A DNA stretch of 64,000 bases from the human T2T-CHM13v2.0 reference genome, Homo sapiens: assembly GCF_009914755.1 (NCBI RefSeq), contig NC_060925.1, one strand, 5' to 3'. The position numbers and the translations under genes were made by a program. Under the pieces are notes generated by a model, which was given only the letters and a program-made list of their open reading frames with translations, had not been told where the DNA came from and ran no database searches. Positions 29,241 through 41,120 of this stretch are shown here, piece by piece. How positions within the stretch are numbered: the stretch's first letter is position 1; each line of letters begins with the position of its first letter.

Positions 29241-29699
29241 TGTAGCAGGACAAGCCTCAGACAAAACCCCTCAGACACCAAGTTAAAGAAGGAAGGGGTT
29301 TATTCAGCCTGGAGCATCGGCAAGACTCCTGTCTCAAGAGCTGAGCTCCCTGAGTGAGCAATTCCTGTCCCTTTTAAGGGCTCACAACTCTAAGGGGGTC
29401 CACTTGAGTGGGTTGTGATCGATTGAGCAAGCAGGGGTTACGTGACTGGGGGCTGCATGCACTGGTAATTAGAACAGAACAGAATAGGACAGGGATTTTC
29501 ACAGTGCTTTTCTATACAATGTCTGTAATCTATAGATAACATAACCAATTATGTCAGTCGTCAATGTTTAACTACCAGGTCCAGGGTGTAGTGCCAGGCT
29601 GTCTGCTTGTGGATTTCATTTCTGCCTTTTAGTTTTTACTTCTTTCTTTGGAGGCAGAAATTGGGCATAAGACAATATGAGGAGTGGTCTCCTCCCTTA
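29241..29699 (-). promoter_or_regulatory. HERV-E 5' LTR (LTR2 family)
   Basis: - strand starts TAAGGGAGGAGACCAC and ends CCTGCTACA; TTAAAA TATA-like box; AATAAA at 29299-29304; followed by the PBS. Confidence 0.93.
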
Positions 29700-31139
29700 C
29701 TGGGATTACAAGCACAAGCCACCATGCCTGGCCAAATCCTGTATCTTGCTTGTCAATATAATAGACTCTTGTTAGAACTTGTGGTTGTTTATCATGTCAG
29801 GCTAATTAGTTCTTGAAAAAACTGTCTTCTTCATATATTATTCAGAAATTTATAGCTTCTCTGAAGTTTTTAGTGTGTGTATGTGTGTTTCTTTTAATAT
29901 AGAAAACTTTTCGGTAGCAATTCTACAACATTTTTCTTTTTGTCACCATCCTTGTATTGGTATACCCTCAAAACAGAAAAATGATATTACAAATTCTTTT
30001 CATTTCTAACATTTGTAATTTATTGAGATACTGTGCTAGGCACTAGAGAAGAATAAAGCTGAGATGGCTAGCCCTGAGGAGTTACCTTCCTTAGTGATTT
30101 TAAAGCCTTGTTTGGAAGAATGATATTTAAGCAAACAAAACCAATGATGTGTTAAGTTCTTAATAAAGAGGTGTGAACTGAGGGATGCAAGTGATTGCAA
30201 GAGGATGACTCACCCTCTGCAGTAGAGATGATAGAAATTTCTTTTAGAGTTGAAGACTGTTGGCCATGCCTTGAGGTATGAGCTTGCTAGAAGAAAAAGG
30301 AGGAAATTCATATTTCTTGTAAGTCATGACTGTCAACTTTATTTGGGAGAACGTGCCTTGCAATCTCAGAGTTTCCCTGCCTAATTGCTTTCTAGTTATT
30401 TGCAACAATTATTTTCTTTACTGCTAACGGCTGACTACTTCCTGTTCCCCTCATGACAGATAGACTTGTCTCCTAATGATAGAGAAATAAAAAGTTAGGA
30501 GATGACAAATCCTTCATTTCTTGCTATAAAATTGACATACTCCATAACTGATGCCTGTCTTTTGCAACCTCCCTCGTAGTTCAATAGAGAATATACTCCC
30601 TTTGCTTTCAAATGCAGATACCCATCAGATATGGATCCTAAGCTCCTCTTGAATACCCCAATATATCTATTATTCAGATTTTCCCAGATCACTCTCAACC
30701 TGTATTGTCAACGTCTACCTCCGTGTGGATATTTGCTATAAAAATATAAACATGTTCTAAACTCAGTTATAAAAAGAAAATAAAGAACAAAAAACATTTT
30801 CTGGATTCTGTATTCTCTCCTCCCTTCTGCTCTATTTCTCTCCTTACCTTCACAAACGTCTCCAACATTTTCTATACAAGCTCATTCTACCTCCTTTAGA
30901 CACCAGTGCTAATAAATGCACAGGATCTTGTTCTTGCCCTATCTTACCTAACCTTGCAGATGCAAATGACAGATGTCTCCTTACATTTTGAAACATTGTC
31001 TACTCTTCACTTACTCCCTTTTCACGGTCTTTATCATGCCTCTTTGGTGTTCTTTACCAGCTCTTCTTCATCTGAGCGTTCCTTACATATAGTAATTCCT
31101 CAAGTCATAGTCCTAGGTCCTCTTTCTCCTCATTCTATT

Positions 31140-31300
31140 TCTTTCTTTCTTTTTTTGAGACAGGGTTTCGCTTTGTCATCCAGGCTGCAGTGCAATGGCA
31201 CCATCTTGGCTCATGGCAGCCTTGACTTCCTGGGTTCAAATGATCCTCCTGCCTCGACCTCCCAAAGTGCTGGGATTATGGGGTGCATGCCACCATGCCC
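31140..31300 (-). mobile_element. Alu monomer (FRAM-like or recombined arm)
   Basis: Single-arm Alu of ~160 bp. Confidence 0.8.
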
Positions 31301-31351
31301 CATGAGAAATACGTTTTTCTAGGCAATTGGGATTTAAATCCAGGATTCTCA

Positions 31352-31642
<291 letters not shown>

Positions 31643-34600
31643 CTAGCCTATGATGTCACCCAACAACTGTGTGCTAAGGACTTTCACATGTGTATCAACA
31701 ACTTAGAACCTCTCTTCTGAGCTTCAGACCTAAATATCTACAAACTTACTTGATTTCTTTACGTGTATTCCTGCCAGCATCTCAAACTTAGCCTATCTAA
31801 ATCTGAACACAAAGTTTTGTCTCTTTCTGTGCCTTGTATAGAGAGGACTTACATATGTTTGTGTATTGAGAGGACTTGTACTTGTCTTCCCTCTTCCCAC
31901 TTTCTTTTTACAATGAATTCAGAGTGAATGTTTCAAAACAGAAACCTATTTCTATCCATCCCAAGTTTAAAATCCTTCCACTGCTCTTAGACTCTTCTCC
32001 ACAGCTTCTTTCTAGCTTCATTTTTGCCAGTTTATCCCAAATTTCTTTACTCCCTCCCAGTAAGCACCTCTTAGTTCTGTGTCTCTACAGAATCTTTCCC
32101 CGGTTGGAGGTCTCCTGTACAGCGCTCCCTCTTGCTGCAATAGGCTTCCCCTATACAATCCCTGTCTCCACTTCACCCCCTTTTTAACTAACACTCTCCC
32201 ATCCTTTAATGAGCACACAGGTAATTTCTTCTGAGACTCTCCCAAGTCATCTCCTCCCTCTTTACCCCTAAGTCTAAGCTAGTTCTCTCAGTTATGCTCT
32301 CTTATGGCATATATGAACATTCTCTTCTCAGCATTTCCCATGGTTGTACTTAAAAAAATTCTTGTAAAAATATTTATTTGGTGACTGTGACTGTTTTCTC
32401 CATTAGAATTTAAGTTTTATGAGGGCCAGGACAACATCTGTGTTATTCATCTCTATATTTCAACCACCTAGCATAGTTCCTAGTATGGTAGATCCTTGGT
32501 GAATATTTTGTTGCATGCATGAGGGCACAGATTTAGGCATTGCATGCATGGAGTAAATTTGCTAGAGAGAGAGGTCATGGTTTTGAAACAGGAACACGAG
32601 TATCAGGTTGCTAGGGAAACACCGGTTAAGGAGAAGGTTTTGATGATATCTTGGCTTAGACTCTTGAGTTAGAAATTTATGTAGGACACATTGGTTGGCA
32701 TTTTTTCTTAGGTTCTTCTTTTCAAAAAGTAAGTTTCTGCTGCCACCTCTAGTCACTCCTCCTTTTGTGGAAAGGATTAGTAAGTCTTCCTGGGAAAATA
32801 TAACTTTGCTTCATGTTCATACGAATGACAGTAAAATAACTTTTCTGCAACAGATGGGGAATGAGGTAATCATGGTTTTTCTCTGGGCTATCCTTCAAAA
32901 AAATATTAAATTCATGTGTTTGGAAGTCATTTATTGAATTAAAACTTTTGTTGTTGCTTTTTTTGGTTTCAGCCCACACTGTTTTCTCTTGGCAGAAATA
33001 ATCAGCTTAGAAGTTATCAGTACCACCCATTCCCATAACAAAAGTAACATTTTTCTATTTTTATGTTACTTCTTGGATCTCTTAACTTTCCACATCCTTT
33101 GTCCCCTATCAAAGTCTTCACTTTCTGTTCAGTGCTGGCCAGTTGGCCTCCTTAATGTATGGAAGAGTGGGCTGTTGTGGCAGTTTGTACAATGAACAAG
33201 AACAGTCCTATTCATCTCAATACAGACAGTATCCAGTTTAGACCTCAACGTTGAATTAAATGTTGAATGAATTTGGGTAGTATATATTTGGGAACATTGT
33301 TTTACCTTTGTGCGTCACTTGTAAAATGATGATAATGTCTCCTGTTGTGGCAAGGGGATAAGTACAAATGCTCATAAAGCGTCCAGCAAAATGTATAGGG
33401 GCACTTAATGTTACTCAGTAGAACAGTAATATTATACATATTCTTGGGTGCTGCCATTCTGTGGCATAACACTCGTGGTCAATAATTGTTAAATTTACCA
33501 TGGCCTAATTTTTAAATTAGTTTTCCTGGCTGTATAATGAACTAGTCAAATAGTTAAGGTTTTTTAAAGCCTAAGCGTTTATTCTCTTAAGTACTAAGAT
33601 TTTTGAAAAAAATTATTGATTTTGATTATGTAGATAGAAATCTTTCTGAAATGTGTAATTTCTTGCTCAGACTGAACCAATTTGGGCATTCTCAGGCCTG
33701 CTTCCTTTGCATTCAGCTGCGATTGTTCTGTGCCCTGTGTTGGCTGCTTGAAGTGATTTCTTCACACTGCCCTTTTCTCTTTCAACTTTGTTGCTCTGGA
33801 ATTCAAATCTGATAAGCAAACTTGCTGTTAGAACAGTGTCTCTAATTAATATAATTTCTTTATGAGAAGAGGGCTGAGATCTTTTCTTTGAGCAAGATAT
33901 ATGACTTTGTGTATGGGGATTTTTGGTGTGTTTTGATAGTTCAGAAGCCACTTTTTAAACTTTTCTTGTTCTAAAATAGTTTCTGGTCAGATAAAATTTT
34001 CAGATTACAGTTGTGTCTGTGAAATGAAATGTTACTATCCAGTCTCTATGTCCCCTAAAAACTAGCCATACCATAACGCGGTTGGTTGGGGGAGTAAAAT
34101 CTGGAATTAGAGTAGTAAAGAAATGAGAGAAGAAAAGATTCTTCTTGTCATCAGAGTGTAAAAGAGATAATGCTTTTTCTTAAGGAAGACAATAAGGACC
34201 ATATTTCAGTTTAAACAAATAGACAGCTTTGGATGAAAATAGAAGTAAAATATGGACCTTAAGTAATTAATTCTCCGAGTGCCACTTGGTACTTGTCATA
34301 TAAGTTAAGTGAAAGTCTAGAGAAAGACAGATCATCTAGTCATGGAGGGAGAGGCAGAGCAAGACAGTTTCTTCTGAAGGAGATAAGAGAAATCAACCTT
34401 GAGTTGTCAATAAGCATTTCCATTCCTATGTTTCTGTTGTTTCCTTCATCGAGAATATTTCCTCGCCTCTTTCCACCTTCATTCTGACAATGGCACTTTG
34501 TGCTATCAATCTTTATTCTTCTTTCAGTTGGTAAAGGTCGAAAGGCAGGCAGTGGAGGGCTCCCTTTAGTGGAGTATAGGAACATGAACTGAGCAGGCCT

Positions 34601-34924
34601 GGGCTTGCAAAGGTCAGGTTTCAGGAATCAAGAGGTGGAGCTGAATTTTTCTTATCTGAGGAAGTGGTGGGATATAAACAGCCAAGGAATAAAACAGAGC
34701 TGGAAACTGGCCTAACTGGTCTAGAGAGCAGGTTAGATATCCAAGGGACCCAGACTGCACTCAGCAAGGTGGTGCACTCTGAGGGGCCCAAAGCTCTTGA
34801 CCGCTGAGAAATATAAGCTGTGAGGGAAACAGGGTCAGGGAGAGGCAAGCAAATGTCCCATATCAGAAGCAATGGAGAAGCATATAAGACCAAGTGCTAT
34901 ATTGGCTGCCGGTGTTCTTGCTTA

Positions 34925-35223
34925 CTTTGAATAAGCAGATTATCCTTACTATTATAATGTGGGTGGGCCTCATCCAATCTGTTCAAGGCCTGAATATGAC
35001 AAAAAGACTTGCCTCACTGAGCAGGAGGGAATTCTCCAGCAGACTTCCCTTGGGCTTCATCTGCACCATAGGCTCTCCTGGGTATGAAGCTCGCCAGCCC
35101 ATTTTGCAGATTTGGACTTGGCTGGTCTCCACAATGGTGTAAGACAATTCATTATAATAAATCTCTTTCTGTATATCTACTCATCCTGTTGGTTCTGTTT
35201 CTTTGAAAAACCCTGACTAATAT
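34925..35223 (+). mobile_element. MLT2-family LTR, 3' part
   Basis: ATGTGGGTGGGCCTCATCCAATC...TTGGTTCTGTTTC...CCCTGACTAATA. Confidence 0.8.
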
Positions 35224-36345
35224 GGGGGGCCAAGGAGAGAAATGTTTTTATGTAATTGTCTATGAAAAACAAAAATATTCTTGAATACTTCAGAATTTTC
35301 TTTTGAAAGGGAGGCAATTAATAATGTTAGTAAGCTTGCGTACCAGGATAATTAAATCAAAACGCAAGGTTTTTGGTAAATGAAAACTCATTTCCTGTAA
35401 TCATATGAAGTATGAGAAATATTTATTGACATCATTTATATCTAAATACTGGTGATATTAGGTCCAAATATAACCCCAGACCTTCTCAGCAGCACTTACT
35501 TGATTCTCTTAGAATTAGAGCCATGACTAACAGCTGAACCTTATAACTTTCGTGTTATTTCTTTGAACATTATTTCAGAATGAGCAAGACTATTAAAACT
35601 CCAAACTTAGTCTTTGTTTATTACATAAAATTGTCCTGACATTATTTGAAGTGATACATAATTTGAAATATAGTTTGACCAAACATCAATGGTTTCTCTC
35701 CGTAAAGGTTACCCCTTTCTTTCTGAGCAATGATAAAGGAAAGAGCAAGGAATTTTGATGCCAGACATACCTCAGTTCAAATCTTGATTGTATTACTTAT
35801 TAGCTATCTATCTATGGACAAGGTATTATCTGCACTCCTCACTTGAAAAATGAAACAAACAATGACTTCCTTTTGAGAGTTGGGAAGATTAAATGAAATA
35901 AATTGTGTGAAAGTGTCCATGAGAGAGTGCAAGGCACATACAATATGTTCTTGACACATCTAATTTCCCATTCTTTTTTATAGTTCATAGTTACAATTTT
36001 ATAGTTTTATAATTCATGTTTCTGTAGGTGTTACAGAATCTAGAATGTTACTAGTTGCTAAAAGCTTCAGGATCAATATTTTTATATATCAATATATCAA
36101 GATCAATATTCTTATATATAAGTAAACTGAGCCCACAGAGTGTTTTCTTGGCCTTAGGACACAGCATTAGTTGGGGAAAAGCAGGGGCTATTTGTTTGGA
36201 GAGACAAAGTAGAGCATAGTGAAATAATAGCTTTGTTATGTGGCAGACCCAACTTTGACTCCAAATACCACTTTCTAGCTTTGTGACATTGGAAAAAAAA
36301 TCTTCTTTATGTTTAAATTGCTTTATTTTTAAAAATGGGGTTATA

Positions 36346-36688
36346 GGCCCAGTGTGGTAGCCCATGCTTATAATCCCAGCAAGTTGGGAGGGCAAGGTGG
36401 GCAGATCCCTTGAGCCCAGGAATTTGAGACAAGCCTGGGCAACATGGTGAAACCTTGTCTTTACAAAAAATACAAAAATTAGCCAGGTGTGGTGCACCTT
36501 TAGTTCCAGCTACTTGGGAGGCCAAGGTGGGTGGATCCCTTGAGCCCAGGAGTTTAAGACCATCCTGGGCAACATGGCAAAACCCCGTCTCTATGCCAGT
36601 ACACTCCAACCTGAGTGACAGAGACTCCAGCTTGGGTGAGAGAGAGAGAGACCCTATCTCAAAAACAAAACAAACAAACAAACAAACG
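36346..36688 (+). mobile_element. Rearranged AluJ inside a MIR
   Basis: Left-arm block present twice; (AAAC)n tail. Confidence 0.85.
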
Positions 36689-38083
36689 GAGTAATAGTAT
36701 GTACTGACAGGTTATGAAAATTAAATGTATAATGTAAATGCATGCTTAACAAATGAAGGTAATTATAATCTGCACAGCCAATTATTTGATTATTCAACTT
36801 TACGTACAAATATCTGAACATTTTCCTTCCCCTGATGACAACAGAAGTATCTGAATTAAAACCCTGACCTGAAAACCTCCTTCAGAATTCCTTCAAAGCA
36901 ATAATGAGAACAGCAGGTTACCTAACATATGAATTCTAGTTTAATAGGAGGCTGTTTCCAGAAAATTCCAAGCAACATACCATAAGCATCTTCAGTATGT
37001 GTCGGGCTGTTGGCATTTGGAGAAGGACATCTGGGAAGTTGTTTTTTCAGGATTAGAGAAGCTCTTATGTTCATTTTTCCAGTTTCTCTTATTAAATCTC
37101 TTGCTGAATAACAGTGCAGGCTGTTTGCTGTGTGTTGAAATGAATTGTATAATCTGTTACTAAGAACTTTTTTTCTCTATTCTAAACTACGTGATTTGTA
37201 TTGGGTTGGTTATTTTTAATAATACAATGCTACAATTAACCATACCTATAGACTCAAATGCCCCCATATAATTTTTGAATAAGAACAACCTATCTTTTAC
37301 AGTATTAATCTTGAAATTGTTTTTCCTCAATGCCCTTCGTAATCCTATTTTCCCAACTCCCTAATATACACCTGCTACAATACTAAGACCCCAAGTATTT
37401 TGGTACCCAAATTGCATACCCTTTCCTGCTTATGCCTATCTTGGCCTGAACCTTAGGCCCAGAACTGAGCACATAGCAATGTTAAATGTTTGCTTTTATT
37501 GTTATCATTATTGTTATTATACTGCCTGTAAACTCAACCCCCTTTCAAGACTGAATTCAAATCCCTCCTCTTCATTCTAACTTTATATCTAGCTTCCTTA
37601 CAACTACTGCTGCACCTAATACTTTATTGTATTCTACTCATCCTCTGTATAACCTACTTTAGTTTCCTACCTTAACTTTATTTCCCCCTCCAGACAAGCT
37701 TTTAAGGACTTACATATTTTACTTTATTTACAATTTTAAAATCTTTGTTTGAGAGCTTGGTATTTATACAAACCCATATACATCTATATAAAGATACATA
37801 AAGATACACACACATACACACACATGTACACATATATACACATACAGATTCAAAGCCATTTAGATCCTTCCATTGCACTGCACTTGTAGAGTGTGCTTTC
37901 GTTATGAGGTTTCAAGTTTGCATGTAGTTTGATGCCTAGTGTTTTTTGATTTAAGACCACTTGTTAGAGTACAGCTCTGGGTTAGGAATTTAGTCCTAGG
38001 TGTTCTACTGTTCACTTCTCTAACTCTAATAAGATCTGGCCTCTGCAGATTTATCTTTCCCAATTTAAAGCAAAAATGTTTGC

Positions 38084-38116
<33 letters not shown>

Positions 38117-38771
38117 ACTGCCTATATACTCAACCCCCTTTCAAGGCTTAATTCAAATCCTTCCTCTTTGTTCTAAGTTCTTATCTGGCTTCCTTACAAC
38201 TACTATATCTTATGACTATACAATCTTTTTGGTCCTTCTGGTTGTAAAATAATCATTCCATGAATATATGTATACATCATATTGGTAAGTGGCCACTCAG
38301 GGATCAGGTGCCAATACTGGAAACACAATGCATTCATGTTGTATATTCAGCATTTGTAAGACTGAGTGCACTGTTTCTTCCTTCACCTAAATTCATGCCT
38401 TGGGATCCTTGTTCTGGGTAATGATAGCATCATCTGCTTAAGAGCAAAGCTAGAAACCCTAAGTCTGACCACCCACCTTCCTCTCTTTTACTGCTAACAT
38501 CAGATCGGTCACCAGATGTTAAAGATGCTCTCTGTAAATGTAACCTGAAGGCAAGGTGCTTACTCAACTATGAATTACCAGCTGGTAGATCTTACACAAG
38601 AAACATCATCATTATATAACTTTCATTTGCAAAACCAGCAAATACTTTCCTTCTGCTCACCTTACATGATTTCTGAGAGAGTTAAATAAGACAATGTCCC
38701 TGAAAGCAAGCCAAAAATTTGCAAAATGTTGAACAAATATAGAGTATTATTGTTATTATTAAATAGAGTAA

Positions 38772-39156
<385 letters not shown>

Positions 39157-39305
39157 TTATTTAATTAGGCATTACTAAAGTATGAAGTTAACTTACACTT
39201 CTTTGTGACAAAATATGGGATGTATAACATAAAGATTGAGACTAAAGGGAACTGTATTTTATGATTTTTACTTTGTGTACAAATCTCTCTGTTGCATCGT
39301 TTCAG

Positions 39306-39442
39306 GTGCCTGTGGTAGCCATATTGGGTTCAGGTGGGGGTTTCCGAGCCATGGTGGGATTCTCTGGTGTGATGAAGGCATTATACGAATCAGGAATTCT
39401 GGATTGTGCTACCTACGTTGCTGGTCTTTCTGGCTCCACCTG
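39306..39442 (+). CDS. PLA2G4A: cPLA2-alpha catalytic exon (~exon 8), VPVVAILGSGGGFRAM...GLSGSTW
   Basis: ttcag|GTG ... TG|gttagt; 137 bp, phase 0-2. Arg200 codon at 39345-39347 and nucleophile Ser228 codon TCT at 39429-39431. Confidence 0.97.
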
Positions 39443-40960
39443 GTTAGTATACATTTTTAATTTTAGTTTTATAACTTTAAATATTTAGGATTTATCTAAC
39501 TCAAGCACTAGAAGAGAAAAGGGGATTTAGAAAATTGATCATTAATTTAAATTACTGAAACTTTCCAGTTTGATGCCACAATCTGCTTTAAAAGATTTTT
39601 TAAAGACAAATCCATACTTAATAATAACTTTTTGTTGCAAATTTACTTCTTTTAAGCCACTTTGTAACTTAAAATGTAGTTAAAACATGAAATAAAAAAG
39701 ACTAATTGAAAATAGTTCTAGATAAAAATAGAAGTGGAACAACATACTCCACCCATAATTAATTTAATCTTCTTATAATTTGCTGATTTGTAGTCCTTCA
39801 GTGAACATGTCTAAGTCTACATGATTCACTACATATTCATTTTCTTCTTTAGGGCAAATAGAATAAGATGCAAGATACCATAGTATACAGAACAAAGAAA
39901 ACAATTTTTTTGAATATAGAAATATAATATATTTCATTGATTTTCATCTAACTAAATATGAAATTTGTCTTTTAAATTTAGGTGGAGACTTAAAGCATCC
40001 ATATGTATAATACTTGTACCCTGTAGGTTTTCACAAATATATTTATAAAACATTTTCCAAGAAGATATTACATACTTTTTGGTTTGCTTACCTCACATAA
40101 GCACATTGAAAATCAAATGAAAAGTCCTTGCTCACATGTCTCAAATAAGAGTATCATCTTATTACTAAAGATCTGCCTTGGACTTACAAGGCCTTTTTAG
40201 TCATTCAGCCATGGCAAACTCATCTATCAGAATATCGTATTATATATGTCTAGCATTTTAAAGTTTCTGTGTCATTTTATCTTGTGAGATGGGTATGAAT
40301 TTATTCATTTTTATGCTGAAGAAAATTTGACTTAGAAGCCAAATGATTTGTCCAACATCACTAGTAGAGCTAGCATATAAACTCAGGCTTTTGATCTGTC
40401 ATTCTGAGTTCTTTCTACTAAACCACACTCTTTTCTGGGACATCTATATATTTTACAGGGAATTTCACATTTAAATCATCCACAGTTTCTTAAATGTTTT
40501 GAATCAGATTTAGTCATGAAACAAAAACTTAGAGCCATCATTGCCATCTTCTCTATATGTACCCTCAAAATGATTTATTTCTTCTGAAGGAAGGGTGTAG
40601 CCCATCATTATTCTTTCCCTTGAAGGAAAGAGCAGGCATCTGCCTGTTTAATGAGTAATGTGTTAGAAAATCTTGGACCCTTACATTAGTTCACCTACTC
40701 AATCATTTTGTTATTATTCTTTGAGTGGTGTTCTTTCTTTGTACTCACTGTTTATTACATCCTGTTGTCCATCACTGACAACTGGAAGAAGCTTACTTTC
40801 TTAAACTCATCTAATAAAGCAAGACTAGACTTCGAGTGCTGATTTGGGGATATAATTGTGTATGTGTGTGCTTGATTAGAGATATAGTCATTGCTTTGGT
40901 TATAGATTTGGTGCAATATCTTCTCACATTCCCCTGTCAGTAAACAAGTCCTGTAAAATG

Positions 40961-40983
40961 TAATTAAAAGGATTTTAAATGTG

Positions 40984-41021
<38 letters not shown>

Positions 41022-41120
41022 CACAGAGAGAGTAATTAAAAGGATTTTAAATGTGCACATATATATATATACAGAGAGATTAATTAAAAGGATTTTAAAT
41101 GTGCACACACACACATATAT
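40961..41120. repeat. Compound tandem repeat: three 27-bp cores with microsatellite spacers
   Basis: TAATTAAAAGGATTTTAAATGTGCACA at 40961, 41033 and 41081. Confidence 0.95.

Larger units (their letters stand above)
20941..29699 (-). mobile_element. Full-length defective HERV-E provirus (gammaretrovirus-like), antisense in the intron after exon ~7
   Basis: Two ~460-bp direct LTRs, tRNA-Glu PBS, PPT, gag-pro-pol-env remnants in order on the - strand, and a 4-bp TSD (CTAG 20937-20940 / CTGG 29700-29703). Confidence 0.95.

Noticed and set aside
23412-29357. Plus-strand ORFs inside the provirus as antisense genes
   Set aside because: Short, with no motifs; expected opposite former coding sequence.
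20941-29699. Replication-competent or domesticated ERV genes
   Set aside because: The gag ATG is lost, the protease reads DIG, and gag, pol and env are all broken by frameshifts or stops.
40961-41120. Repeat-spacer pattern resembling a mini CRISPR array
   Set aside because: Spacers are microsatellites of unequal length, the context is a primate intron, and there are no cas genes.
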